From contig JBJOKS010000004.1 in assembly GCA_046045965.1 (NCBI GenBank), forward strand, positions 32,001 to 96,000: a stretch of 64,000 bases of DNA, in the 5' to 3' direction. Below, piece by piece: positions 10,671-21,480 of the stretch. Both the position numbers and the translations under genes were made by a program. Origin of the DNA: Cyanobacteriota bacterium (GTDB lineage: Bacteria; Cyanobacteriota; Cyanobacteriia; Cyanobacteriales; Nostocaceae). The stretch's first letter is position 1. Each line of letters opens with the position of its first letter. The notes beneath the pieces are model-generated. The model was not told the DNA's origin. It made no database searches and saw nothing but the letters and a program-made list of their open reading frames with translations.

Positions 10671-11387
10671 ATGGGAAAGAAAATATCACGCCGTTTACAG
10701 GCGTTGCAAGACAAAGTAGAAGATAGGGACTACACACCTTTAGAAGCTCTGGCTCTGTTAAAAGAGACAGCAACAGCTAAATTCGCTGAAGCCGCAGAAG
10801 CACATATCCGGCTAGGAATTGACCCCAAGTATACAGACCAACAACTGCGGACAACGGTAGCACTGCCTAAAGGTACAGGGCAAATAGTCCGGGTAGCAGT
10901 GATTGCTAGAGGGGAAAAGGTAACAGAAGCTACGAATGCTGGTGCGGATATCGCTGGTTCAGAAGAACTGATTGACGATATTCAAAAAGGCATGATGGAC
11001 TTCGACAAGCTAATTGCCACCCCAGATGTGATGCCACAGGTAGCAAAGCTGGGTAAATTGCTTGGTCCTCGTGGTTTGATGCCATCACCCAAAGGTGGTA
11101 CAGTCACATTTGATGTTGCTAGTGCGATCGCCGAATTCAAAGCTGGTAAATTAGAATTTCGTGCAGATCGGACTGGTATTGTCCATGTTATGTTTGGTAA
11201 GGCTTCCTTTGCACCAGAAGATTTGTTAGTCAACCTCAAAGCATTGCAAGAGACAATTGACCGTAACCGTCCTTCAGGAGCAAAAGGCCGGTACTGGCGT
11301 ACATTCTACGTCTCTGCCACCATGGGTCCGTCAATTAAAATTGACATTAACGCCCTCAGAGATTTAAAACTGACTGAAGCTGCATAA
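10671..11387 (+). CDS. rplA: 50S ribosomal protein L1
   Basis: [26 protein letters not shown]. Confidence 0.99.
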   Translation: MGKKISRRLQALQDKVEDRDYTPLEALALLKETATAKFAEAAEAHIRLGIDPKYTDQQLRTTVALPKGTGQIVRVAVIARGEKVTEATNAGADIAGSEELIDDIQKGMMDFDKLIATPDVMPQVAKLGKLLGPRGLMPSPKGGTVTFDVASAIAEFKAGKLEFRADRTGIVHVMFGKASFAPEDLLVNLKALQETIDRNRPSGAKGRYWRTFYVSATMGPSIKIDINALRDLKLTEAA

Positions 11388-11474
11388 TTGGGTAATGGGT
11401 AATGGGTAATGGGTAATGGGTAATTGGTGAATATAAACCAATGACCAATACGAATGACTAATGACCAATAACCA
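11388..11474. repeat. Inverted pair of heptamer arrays (GGGTAAT)n / (ATGACCA-like)n
   Basis: Directly visible after the rplA stop. Confidence 0.85.
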
Positions 11475-11483
11475 AAATTAAAT

Positions 11484-11636
11484 AAGCAAAGCCGGAGACA
11501 GCAGGTGCTAATAGCTTAATATCCTGCCGAGGTTGTAATTTTAAGTGACTGAAGTTTGCTCAAGAAAAATTTGAGAACTAAAGCATCAAAATTACCACTG
11601 TGAAACCCCGGCCAAGATAGCTGGGGTTAATTGTTT
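11484..11636 (+). ncRNA. L10 leader (rplJ autoregulatory cis-RNA)
   Basis: CCGGAGACAGCAGG...TTAA.ATCCTGCCGAGG core and downstream AACCCCGGC/GCTGGGGTT hairpin upstream of rplJ. Confidence 0.8.
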
Positions 11637-11702
11637 TCGGCAAGTCAGAAGAAAGGTGACTGGGGACTGGTGACTGGGAAGATGGGGAGAAATATTTACC
11701 TT

Positions 11703-11733
<31 letters not shown>

Positions 11734-11791
11734 CTTTTTGCCTTTTCCCACTGACCACTAATAAGATTTTGCCCTTGGAGGTGAAAAGATA

Positions 11792-12343
11792 ATGGGTCGA
11801 ACGTTAGAAAACAAGAAAGAGATAGTAGCTGACCTCAAAGGAACTTTAAGCGAGTCAACTTTAGCACTGGTAATTGATTACCAAGGTCTAACAGTTGCAG
11901 AAATCAGTGACTTAAGGCGGCGTTTACGTCCTAGTGGCACAGTCTGTAAGGTGACAAAAAACACCTTTATGGGCATTGCCATTCAGGAAGATGAAAAATG
12001 GCAACCTTTGTCAGAACTGCTCAAAGGTTCTTCTGCCTTTTTACTAGTTAAAGAAGATTTCTCTTCAGCAATTAAGGCTTACCAAGAATTCCAAAAAACC
12101 TCCAAGAAGACAGAACTTCGTGGCGGCGTTATGGACGGTCGCCTGTTGCAAGAAGCGGATGTCAAAGCACTAGGAGACTTGCCATCTAAGGAACAACTCA
12201 TGGCGCAAATTGCTGGAGCTATCAACGCTTTGGCTACCAAAATTGCTGTGGGTATCAACGAAGTTCCCAGTTCTTTGGCTCGCGGTATTCAGGCTGTCGC
12301 TGATAAAGACAAAGACGATAGTGCTGAAACTGCGGCTGAATAA
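11792..12343 (+). CDS. rplJ: 50S ribosomal protein L10
   Basis: [28 protein letters not shown]. Confidence 0.99.
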   Translation: MGRTLENKKEIVADLKGTLSESTLALVIDYQGLTVAEISDLRRRLRPSGTVCKVTKNTFMGIAIQEDEKWQPLSELLKGSSAFLLVKEDFSSAIKAYQEFQKTSKKTELRGGVMDGRLLQEADVKALGDLPSKEQLMAQIAGAINALATKIAVGINEVPSSLARGIQAVADKDKDDSAETAAE

Positions 12344-12442
12344 AACTTTTTCATTAGTTGAATGCTGTTAGTCACAACTAATAACTAATGACTAATGAAT
12401 AACTGACAAAAAACAAATCAAAATTTTTTAGGAGTTATATCC

Positions 12443-12832
12443 ATGTCTGCTGCAACCGAACAAATTTTAGAACAGTTGAAATCTTTGACCTTGTTGGAAG
12501 CTTCCGAATTAGTTAAGCAAATTGAAGAAGCTTTTGGTGTAAGTGCTGCTCCTGCTGCTGGTGGCATGATGATGATGGCTGCTCCTGGTGCTGCTGCTGC
12601 TGAAGTTGTAGAAGAAAAGACCGAATTTGATGCAATTCTGGAAGCTGTACCTGCTGATAAGAAAATTGCAGTTCTGAAGATTGTCCGTGAAATCACGGGT
12701 TTAGGTCTGAAAGAAGCTAAAGACTTAGTAGAAGCTGCTCCTAAGCCAGTTAAAGAAGGTATAGCTAAGGACGCTGCTGAAGACATCAAGAAGCGCATCG
12801 CCGAAGCTGGTGGTACTGTAACCATCAAGTAA
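12443..12832 (+). CDS. rplL: 50S ribosomal protein L7/L12
   Basis: [19 protein letters not shown]. Confidence 0.99.
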   Translation: MSAATEQILEQLKSLTLLEASELVKQIEEAFGVSAAPAAGGMMMMAAPGAAAAEVVEEKTEFDAILEAVPADKKIAVLKIVREITGLGLKEAKDLVEAAPKPVKEGIAKDAAEDIKKRIAEAGGTVTIK

Positions 12833-12883
12833 TTCATAATTGTTAATTCCTAATTCATAATTAAGGATTAGGAATTATTAATT

Positions 12884-13083
12884 AGGGTTTGCTGAAAAAG
12901 TCCTTTCGTTAGGGCTAGGAGTCAGGAGTCAGGAGGAGAGTTAAAAACATTTTTTCATCTCTGGCTGCTCACAAAAGTGCAAAGTTTTTCAGACACAAGA
13001 CACTATAACCTTGCATCTCCCGTCTTTTTTATGAGCTTCAAACCTTTGATTTATCGAGGTTTTAGCTTTATTCACCAAGCCCT
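12884..13083. mobile_element. ~200-bp MITE-like element
   Basis: Left end AGGGTTTGCTGAAAAAG; right end reverse-complements to AGGGCTTGGTGAATAAAG; TAATT on both flanks; no ORF. Confidence 0.75.
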
Positions 13084-13103
13084 AATTATTAATTATTAAT
13101 TAG

Positions 13104-13128
13104 GGAGTCTTTCAAAGACTCCTTTTTT
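13104..13128 (+). terminator. Rho-independent terminator of rplJL
   Basis: GGAGTCTT/AAGACTCC stem followed by T6. Confidence 0.8.
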
Positions 13129-13202
13129 AATTTTGACGAAAAAACTTGCCTCTGTATATTTATGCTACTAACAAATATTCTGACTCCTGACTCCTGACAT
13201 TT

Positions 13203-15107
13203 TTAACATTTGTTAGCTGTTGCAGGATCAACAAAATCATGTAAATCTGCTTCCCAAATACTAATGTAAATAGAATCGCAGTTTTGGCGAATTATTTGCC
13301 CTTTAACTCCACCTTTTCTAAAGGTAAAATTATCTGTTTGACGCTGTTGAATTTGTTGTAGTCCTTGTTGAATTTCTGCGGTAGCTTTTCCTGCTAATAA
13401 ACCATTTAAAGTTGTTTGCATTAATTGATGATCTACAGTTCCCGCAAAACCGACTTCTGTTTGTCTGAGTCTACCAGTATCACGGTCAAATAAATAACCC
13501 AGGTCTATTTTATCGGGTACTACTTCATATATAACTGCACGGGTATTAGGCCACACACCCCTTAAATCTCTTTTAGGCTTACCCAGTGTTGCTTCTACAC
13601 TACTTCTTGATGTACCTGTGGGAAATACTGGTACACTTTTCCTAATGTTAGTGGCTAATTGATCAGGTAATTCCTTTTTTTTCTGGCCTGGTTTTTTCTT
13701 GTCATCGGCAAATTCAACTTGTGGAGAGACTAGTTCTGGTTGAATTGCTAAATCTTGATTTTCTGGTTCTGATTGTTTCTTTTCATCAGAAAATACCTCT
13801 TGTGTGGTAGCTTGTTCAGATTGAGGTTGCTGTTGTATTTCTCCTTGCTGTATGGGAGTATTTTCACTTACAGGCTCATCCCCTGTTGGTTGTGTTAATT
13901 CCTGGTCAGAATTAGTTTCTGGAATAGGATGAGAAGAGATTTCTTGTTGTTGAATAGAGTCAGTTGGTGTAATTATTGGTGTTGGGGAAACTTGCTGAAG
14001 TGGGATATTTGTTGGTAAAGCTGTGGAAGTTTCTGTTTCTGTTTTAACCGAGGATTGGGTTACTACTGAGGCTGAGGGTTGTGGCTGACGGTTGGACGCT
14101 GTGACTATACCAATTAAAATACCAATTACTACACCACCAATGATGATAGCGGGTTTTTGCCAGCTGGTAGGATTGTTAACTTGTTTGATAACGGGAGTTT
14201 TTGCGGGTGAATATATTGCCTGGGTTGGCTGGCTAAGGATGTTTGTGGCGCTCGTGGTGGGAGAATGGGAAGAAATATGATTATGACCAGATTTTAAAGC
14301 ATAGAGCATTTTGCTGGCTGTGGTGTAGCGATCGCTCGGACGTGGTTCAATGGCTTGAGTAATTATCTGTACCATTGCTGGGGATATACCAGCAGCGTAT
14401 TGTTGCCAAAGTATTTGTCCTGTTTGGGGGTGAGTTTCTAACTCTTGGGGTTGTTTACCTGTGAGTAGATAAATTGCCGTCAAGCCTAAACTATAGATAT
14501 CTGTAGCATAAACTGGACGACCGATGGCTTGCTCACTGGGCATATACCCTGGTGTACCTATGACTATTGATTGTACAGGATTGCCTGAAGGATTGATGAC
14601 AGTACGGATGGTTTCTTTAACTGCACCGAAATCAATTAAAACTGGTTTGTGATCGTGGGAGCGAAGGATGATATTATCTGGTTTTATATCTCGATGAATG
14701 ATACCTTTACTGTGGACATAATCTAAAACTGACAGCAAACTTACAAGAATTTCTCTAACTATAGTTTCGTTTAATTTGCCTTTTGATTGGATAATATTGG
14801 TGAGGGTTTGTCCTTCAATCCATTCTTGCACAAGGTAAAACTTGCCATTTTCTGGGAAATAGGCGTAAAGTTTGGGTATTTGATCGCTGCTTTCTCCCAA
14901 ATTTTCTAATATTGCTGCTTCTCGTTCAAATCTTTGTTGAATGAGTTGAGAAGTTCCAGGATCGTGGTTAATGGGTTTAAGTTCTTTGATGACAAAGCGA
15001 CGACGGGAAGGAAGGTGAATATCTTCTGCGAGGGATGTTTCCCCAAACCCACCTGAACCGAGTACCTGGATAACTTGATAGCGGTTGTTTAACAGTTTTG
15101 TGGTCAT
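13203..15107 (-). CDS. Membrane Hanks-type Ser/Thr protein kinase
   Basis: GSGGFG, HRDIKPDN, DFG, GTPGYM; TM helix; P/Q/T-rich linker; folded C-terminal domain. Confidence 0.95.
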   Translation of the reverse strand: MTTKLLNNRYQVIQVLGSGGFGETSLAEDIHLPSRRRFVIKELKPINHDPGTSQLIQQRFEREAAILENLGESSDQIPKLYAYFPENGKFYLVQEWIEGQTLTNIIQSKGKLNETIVREILVSLLSVLDYVHSKGIIHRDIKPDNIILRSHDHKPVLIDFGAVKETIRTVINPSGNPVQSIVIGTPGYMPSEQAIGRPVYATDIYSLGLTAIYLLTGKQPQELETHPQTGQILWQQYAAGISPAMVQIITQAIEPRPSDRYTTASKMLYALKSGHNHISSHSPTTSATNILSQPTQAIYSPAKTPVIKQVNNPTSWQKPAIIIGGVVIGILIGIVTASNRQPQPSASVVTQSSVKTETETSTALPTNIPLQQVSPTPIITPTDSIQQQEISSHPIPETNSDQELTQPTGDEPVSENTPIQQGEIQQQPQSEQATTQEVFSDEKKQSEPENQDLAIQPELVSPQVEFADDKKKPGQKKKELPDQLATNIRKSVPVFPTGTSRSSVEATLGKPKRDLRGVWPNTRAVIYEVVPDKIDLGYLFDRDTGRLRQTEVGFAGTVDHQLMQTTLNGLLAGKATAEIQQGLQQIQQRQTDNFTFRKGGVKGQIIRQNCDSIYISIWEADLHDFVDPATANKC

Positions 15108-15185
15108 GAAACGTTACACGCGAGATCCTTTCCCAATGTATATCAGATACTTTGACGATGTAACTACTGAATGTTTCCTGGTTAT

Positions 15186-15638
15186 TTACGATTTTGCAGT
15201 CATCAAATTTGCACCTAGTAGCTGTGCTAATGCTTTTCCTCCTTCTGCCATGATGGTGTTATGATTCGATTCCATTAGGGGACGGATAAATATTGCTAAG
15301 ATGTTCATCCAAGCTTTTGTGGTTTTGACTTTCCAGGTATAACGGATTAAAGTCCCTTTTTCAATTGACTCTAATTCCCATAAACCAATACCATCTACAT
15401 CTCCTTTGGCGATTAATTCTAGCACTATTGGCGGTTCGACTCTGGTTAATTTTGTATCAAATGCAATTTTATAATATAGGGGAGTTTTCCAGATGAAGCG
15501 GTGGTAATCTTGGATGGGAATTACTCTTTCTACATATTTCCACCAAGTTGGCCAGTTTTGATAATTAATAATTTCTGACCATAGTTTTTCTATGGGTGCG
15601 TCGATAATCCAAGTTGTGATAAATTTGTATTCTGTCAT
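15186..15638 (-). CDS. SRPBCC / polyketide-cyclase-like protein
   Basis: IDAPIEKLW..I.....WPTWW pattern. Confidence 0.8.
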   Translation of the reverse strand: MTEYKFITTWIIDAPIEKLWSEIINYQNWPTWWKYVERVIPIQDYHRFIWKTPLYYKIAFDTKLTRVEPPIVLELIAKGDVDGIGLWELESIEKGTLIRYTWKVKTTKAWMNILAIFIRPLMESNHNTIMAEGGKALAQLLGANLMTAKS

Positions 15639-15697
15639 ATTAATTTTTGATTTTCGATTATAAATTTACAGTGTTAATTTTTGGTTAATTTGGTAAT

Positions 15698-15801
15698 TAT
15701 AGCAATCCTAAATAAGATATGAACACCTCTTTTTCTCTACCTCTGCGCTCTCTGCGGTTCGTTTTAAAAACGCCGTTCATAAATCAAATAGGATTGCTAT
15801 A
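15698..15801. mobile_element. 104-bp MITE
   Basis: TATAGCAATCCTAaataagatATGAAC versus reverse complement TATAGCAATCCTAtttgatttATGAAC; TA termini. Confidence 0.85.
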
Positions 15802-15810
15802 TCAACCCAT

Positions 15811-17283
15811 TTATTTAAAATAGCGCAAATTATTACGCTCTTGATATTGATTAATAAATTTTGCATTCTCAATTTCAAATTTTGATAATAAACTTACAGG
15901 AAATTCCTGGGTTGAATATTGGGGATTATACCAAGATTGTTGATTAAAGTAATCTTGTAACCCAGGAGTATCAAACCTGCGTCCATGAACTGCAAAAATT
16001 GTATTTCGCATAATATCTAATTCATAACCACTTTTACCTACTAAATCTGCTTCTGTCACTTGTCTTTGAGAAAGCCAAAAATAATTATTTTCTGTATTTT
16101 CTGTGTTATTTGTGGTTTTTGTTTCTTGAACACTGGATGTTTTAATTTCAGGGTTGTTTATTGTTGTGGGTTTGGGACGGACAACGGATTTAGAAATTTT
16201 GTACTCTGAAGATATTTCTTGTTGTTCATTGGTGGGATTTGTTCTTTTAGTAGAAATTGATATTTCTGCTTCTTTGACAGTTTCTAAGGATGTATTGAGT
16301 ATTTGTGTAATAATAGCAGCACCAGTTAAACTAACAATAATTAAACTACCAATTATGATATTTTTGGGTTTATTATTGATAACTGGTTTAGTAATATTAA
16401 TAGTTGGTGGAATAGTTGGCTGTTGTGTGGGGGTAATTTCTTGATTTTGTATAGTGGAACTAGAATAGAATTGATTTTGTAAAGCATTTAACATTTCTCT
16501 AGCAGAACTAAATCTTTCTCGTGGATGATAAGCTATAGATTTATCAATTACTCCTGCTAAATGAGGAGGTATAGCACTAGCAAAATGTCGCCAAATTATC
16601 TCACCTGTTTGGGGATCTGTTTCTAGGGTTTGAGGTTGTTTCCCGGTTAATAAATAAATTGCTGTTAAACCTAAACTATATAAATCACTAGAATAAACTG
16701 GTCTTCCTGCTGCTTGTTCACTGGACATAAAACCGGGTGTACCAATAACAATTGAACTGGTAGGACTTCCCTGAGAATTTAACATAGTTGTCATTGATTC
16801 TCGCACCGCACCGAAATCAATTAAAACAGGTTTATTATCACGATGTCGAATAATAATATTATCTGGTTTAATATCTCTGTGAACTATTTTTTGAGAATGA
16901 ACATAATCTAAAACAGGTAAAATGTTAATGAATAATTCTTCAATTTCTCTTTCAGTAAATAACCCTTGTTTTTGCATTTTTGCTGTTAAAGTATCCCCTT
17001 CTATCCACTCCTGAACTAAGTAAAATTCTCCTCCTGTAGTGAAGTAAGCATATAAAGCAGGAATTTGATCAGATGCGCTACCAAGTGTTTCTAAAATTGC
17101 TGCTTCTCGTTGGAATCTCTCTTGTACTATTTGTTAAATTTGTGGATTATTGTGAATTGGTTTTAATTGTTTGACCACACAGAGACGCTGTGATGGCATA
17201 TTGGTATCTTGAGCGAGAAAGGTTTCACCAAACCCACCAGAACCCAGGGTGCGAATGACTTGATAGCGGTTGTTTAGCAGCAT
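15811..17283 (-). pseudogene. Ser/Thr kinase with C-terminal YARHG-like domain, interrupted by an in-frame TAA at codon 50
   Basis: ATG 17283 gives MLLNNRYQVIRTLGSGGFGETF...NPQI*QIVQERFQREAAIL in frame with the 388-aa ORF; stop at 17136-17134; RNTIFAVHGRRF...YFNQQSWY. Confidence 0.9.
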
Positions 17284-17313
17284 TGTTTTTAGGAATGGTT
17301 AAATACGATATCT

Positions 17314-17934
17314 CTAATAGCCATATTTTCGTTTTTTATTAGTAGATTGATTAGCTCTTGATTCTAAGGTAAAAACCGGAATTTCTTCAAGTTCATCTTC
17401 AGTTAAATTATACTGTTCACAAACCAAACTTAGGCGATTTCCAGGAGTTTTAACAGCGTTCACAGAATGGGTTAAATCTCCTTGAAAGTAAACCAAGGTA
17501 TTAGCTTGAGGTGTAACTTGTCCCACTTGGCGTTTAGGCGATTTTAGCACCAATTCTCCCCCTTCCATGTTTTCTGGTACTCGCACATAGAGAACACTAA
17601 CAAGAAGAGGAGGTTCAATGGTTTTACAATAAGAACGCAAAGAGCGATCTATGTGTGGATCAACACGAGAACCTTCTTTTAATAGTAAAGGATTCAGATA
17701 AAAAGCATTACAATTAGACTGAAGTGCTAAATCTAAATAAGGTTTAAAAAAGGGAAATTTTTGTTCAACAGTTGTTAATCCTTGACGTTTAAAAACTACA
17801 GAAAATCCTTTAGTATTGATAAAATCACGATTGAGGTTGTTGATAGCAAAGTAAGGACTAGATTGGATTTCACCCCACAAGTCATTGAGGTAATTATTAG
17901 GTAAAACGTTGGTTTGGAGTTGATAGTATTTCAC
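17314..17934 (-). CDS. 2OG-Fe(II) oxygenase
   Basis: HID...GGEL...HSV...R motif set. Confidence 0.85.
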   Translation of the reverse strand: MKYYQLQTNVLPNNYLNDLWGEIQSSPYFAINNLNRDFINTKGFSVVFKRQGLTTVEQKFPFFKPYLDLALQSNCNAFYLNPLLLKEGSRVDPHIDRSLRSYCKTIEPPLLVSVLYVRVPENMEGGELVLKSPKRQVGQVTPQANTLVYFQGDLTHSVNAVKTPGNRLSLVCEQYNLTEDELEEIPVFTLESRANQSTNKKRKYGY

Positions 17935-17997
17935 ATTCGTTCAATCACAAATTTACTAACCAGATCCCTGACTTATAAAATCAGTTTATTTCTTAAT

Positions 17998-18867
17998 TCA
18001 CATACTCCGCAAAATTCGCTCAATCATCTGATTTGCTTGGGAAGCATAACCACCACCAAACAAATTAAAATGATTTAAAATGTGATATAAATTATAAAGG
18101 GTTTTGCGTTTTTCATAACCCTCATCTAAAGAAAATACTTCTTGATATCCTTGATAGAAACTTGGAGGAAAACCGCCAAATAACTCTGTCATTGCAATAT
18201 CAACTTCGCGATCGCCAAAATAAGTAGCTGGATCAAAAATCACGGGTTCACCATCAATAGTAAATCCTGCATTTCCTCCCCATAAATCTCCGTGAACTAA
18301 GGCAGGTTGTATTTGATGATCTGCTAATAATTTGGGAATAGAGGCTATTAATTTATCTTGTAAAGGAAAACTCCCTCCTCGTCGCTTTGCTAATTGAAAT
18401 TGATAACCTAAACGATGTTCTGTATAAAATTCTATCCAGTCAGATGTCCAAGTATTAATTTGGGGTGTAGAACCGATAGTATTATTCATGTTCCAACCGA
18501 AACCTTGGTTAGTAGTTTTGTGCATTGCTGCTAAATTACGCCCCATTTTTTGCCAGGTTTCGTTATTACCATCGGTCATTTCTAGCCATTCTAATACTAT
18601 ATAACTAGAATTGCCTGTAGTTCCCCAACATAAAGGTTGAGGAACGCGGATAGTATGTGTTTTATACATTTGTTGTAAACCCAGCATTTCTGCTGCAAAC
18701 ATCTCTGCTTGAGACGCTTGGTTAAGTTTCACAAAGTAGGTGAGTTTACCATCACTAACTGCATAACCTTGGTTAATACATCCACCACTTACAGATAGAT
18801 GTTGGGAAGATTGAAATTTTTGGCCAGTTACTTGGCTAATATGATTATCAATTTCTTGCCAAATCAT
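17998..18867 (-). CDS. Fructosamine kinase family protein
   Basis: SGGCIN, LVHGDLWGGN, FDPATYFGDREVDIAM. Confidence 0.95.
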   Translation of the reverse strand: MIWQEIDNHISQVTGQKFQSSQHLSVSGGCINQGYAVSDGKLTYFVKLNQASQAEMFAAEMLGLQQMYKTHTIRVPQPLCWGTTGNSSYIVLEWLEMTDGNNETWQKMGRNLAAMHKTTNQGFGWNMNNTIGSTPQINTWTSDWIEFYTEHRLGYQFQLAKRRGGSFPLQDKLIASIPKLLADHQIQPALVHGDLWGGNAGFTIDGEPVIFDPATYFGDREVDIAMTELFGGFPPSFYQGYQEVFSLDEGYEKRKTLYNLYHILNHFNLFGGGYASQANQMIERILRSM

Positions 18868-18953
18868 AGTTAGTTATTAGTTATTAGTCAGAAGCAAAAG
18901 TTATACAATAGTATATTACCAGATACCAATGACCAATGACTAATTATCAATGA

Positions 18954-20231
18954 CTAAGCTGGTTTAATGGTAACTACAGCATAAGCTGCGGGTGATAAAT
19001 ACTGTTGTGCAGCTTGCATTAAATCATGTTCATTTTGTGATTGTATATATTGGGGATAATTAAATGCTGGTTCTAAGTCACCTATTAAAGATTGATAATA
19101 GCCATACAAACCAGAGCGATCGCTTGGTGTTTCATTCCCAAATATAAACCGATTTGCTACCCGTCTTTGTACACGATAAATTTCTGATTCTTTGACTAAT
19201 TCGGTTTGTAGTGTCTGCAAATGTTGAGTGATTGCTGCTTCCACTGCTGTTAAATCTTCCACTTCACATTTAGCAGAAATAGAAAATATTCCTTGCATTT
19301 TATGATTGATATTACTAACAGAAATTGAAGAAACAATTCCTCTTTCTTCTCGTAAATCATGGACTAATCTGGATGTGCGTCCATGTCCCAAAATTCCTGC
19401 CAACACATCTAAAGCATAAGTATCATTTAATTGTATCAATCCAGGTACTCGCCAGAGCATGATTAACCTAGCTTGTTGGAGACTTTCATCAATAAATTCT
19501 CGACGGATAATTTCTGTAAATGCTGGTTCTTGACTAACTGTTAATTGTTGATGGTTAACTGTTGATTTTTGACTATTTTTTTCAAATTCCTCGGCGATAA
19601 TTTCTACTAATTCTTCAACTGGTAAATTACCTACAGCTACCGCAGTTATTGAAGATGGTTGATACCACGTATGATGAAAATCGCGCATTTGTTGGGGTGT
19701 AACTTGGGAAATTACCGCTTCAGGACCAAGTACCGGACGACGGTAGGGTAAAACATCAAAAGCGGTTTCCATTGTACGCCGATAAATGCGCCGTCTCGGG
19801 TTATCTTCTGAACGTCTGATTTCTTCTAAAACTACTAATCTTTCTCTTTCAAAAGCTTCTTTAGGAATGCTAGGATTACACACTACATCTATTTGTAGTG
19901 GTGCTAATTCTGCAAAGTCTTTAGGCGCAGTAGTAATATAATAATGTGTATAATCTTGGCTGGTGGCAGCATTAGTCACAGCACCACGTTCTTCTATGCG
20001 ACGTTCAAACTCACCACTGGCTAGTTTTTCTGTTCCTTTAAATACAATATGTTCTAAAAAGTGCGCCATGCCATTAATAGCATCTGACTCGACAGCAGAA
20101 CCGATTTTTACCCATACATTCAGGTTAATGGCTTCTACTGGCATTTGCTCGGCGATGATGGTTAAACCGTTTGGTAGATGATGTACCTTGGGAGCATGAA
20201 GGCGTGGAAATTTCAACAGAGTTGATGTCAT
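18954..20231 (-). CDS. M16 (pitrilysin) zinc peptidase
   Basis: HFLEH inverted zinc motif, NAATSQDYT, VVLEE. Confidence 0.95.
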   Translation of the reverse strand: MTSTLLKFPRLHAPKVHHLPNGLTIIAEQMPVEAINLNVWVKIGSAVESDAINGMAHFLEHIVFKGTEKLASGEFERRIEERGAVTNAATSQDYTHYYITTAPKDFAELAPLQIDVVCNPSIPKEAFERERLVVLEEIRRSEDNPRRRIYRRTMETAFDVLPYRRPVLGPEAVISQVTPQQMRDFHHTWYQPSSITAVAVGNLPVEELVEIIAEEFEKNSQKSTVNHQQLTVSQEPAFTEIIRREFIDESLQQARLIMLWRVPGLIQLNDTYALDVLAGILGHGRTSRLVHDLREERGIVSSISVSNINHKMQGIFSISAKCEVEDLTAVEAAITQHLQTLQTELVKESEIYRVQRRVANRFIFGNETPSDRSGLYGYYQSLIGDLEPAFNYPQYIQSQNEHDLMQAAQQYLSPAAYAVVTIKPA

Positions 20232-20619
20232 TGGTCGTGGTGAGGGCGATATTACTTCTTATATATTACAACGCCCTTAATGGTGTAAATCACAAGTCTC
20301 TGATCGTCTAATTGCGTAGATAATTCGGGAAAGTGATCCGATTTTGGAGTTGGGACGTTTGCATACCGCAGTTGCACCATTTTCCATTGACACCAGGGAG
20401 TAATCCCGTGGGTTGTCACACCTAGTAATTATGGCTCTAAACAGAATAACACGCCATCTAGAAATTTCCAATCCGTGGTTGCGATACTTTCAGTAAGTAT
20501 ACTTATAACCTATAACACCCGTTTTTTCTTGTACTTAAGTATACATTTTACACAAATTTTACACATTTTATCATTATATTATAATATTATTGAATGTGAG
20601 ACTTCACAAAGGGTAAACT

Positions 20620-21480
20620 ATGGCGATTTCAGGACTCCTATCTGAACTTTCTCTACCAGAAATCTTTCAACTACTAGAGCAAGGAAATAAAACAGGAAGA
20701 CTAACCATTAAATCACACTTACCTCACTCATCTCTGCAAGAGCAAATTTTTCACATTTGGTTTAAACAAGGAATGATTGTTGCTGCTGCTAATAGGTTGG
20801 ATGGACAGGGATTATTATCCATTATCCAACAGCAAGGTTGGCTCAGTGCGCGTGCTGCGGCTCGAATCACAGATGTCTGTGCAACTAATCAACCGACTGG
20901 TTTATGTCTCAAATTACAAGGAATATTGGAAGTACAACAATTAAAAACGTTATTTAGTTATCAAGTGCTTAATCAGGTTTGTAAACTTTTGGAATTGCCC
21001 AATGGACTGTTTCATTTCGACCAAAAAACGCCTATACCTACTTCAGAAATGACAGGTTTGACTGCTAAACCCAAAGAAGTCATACTCAAAGGTTTAAGGG
21101 TATTACGTAATTGGAAATTTCTGGAAGAGAAATTACCAGATCCAACTTGTGCTTTAGTCAGCAAAATTGATAGCAAGCCTCAACTATCCTTAAATCCACT
21201 AGAATGGCAAATTTGGGAATTCACTAAAGGCACAGTTTCAATGACAGCGATCGCTCAACAGTTAGATGTACCTGTAAAAAAGATCCAACAAGCCGCATTT
21301 CGACTTATCGTTGTTGGTCTGGTAGAAGAAGTTCCCATTATTTTAGAAGCACCAGATCAGCTATGTGAGTTAAAACCAACCATACTTGACATACAATTTG
21401 AGTCGAACAAACAAGAAAGAGGTACAGTCAGTCAATCTTTTCTCAAAAGCTTAGTTGGATTTCTCAAAAACAGAATTTAA
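20620..21480 (+). CDS. DUF4388 (PATAN-like) domain protein
   Basis: G.LSELSLPEIFQLLEQG.KTGRL N-terminus; C-terminal HTH-like segment. Confidence 0.8.
   Translation: MAISGLLSELSLPEIFQLLEQGNKTGRLTIKSHLPHSSLQEQIFHIWFKQGMIVAAANRLDGQGLLSIIQQQGWLSARAAARITDVCATNQPTGLCLKLQGILEVQQLKTLFSYQVLNQVCKLLELPNGLFHFDQKTPIPTSEMTGLTAKPKEVILKGLRVLRNWKFLEEKLPDPTCALVSKIDSKPQLSLNPLEWQIWEFTKGTVSMTAIAQQLDVPVKKIQQAAFRLIVVGLVEEVPIILEAPDQLCELKPTILDIQFESNKQERGTVSQSFLKSLVGFLKNRI

Noticed and set aside
20277..20471. 64-aa ORF or gene remnant upstream of the M16 peptidase
   Set aside because: No recognisable family or RBS in any frame I translated; cannot be supported without a search.
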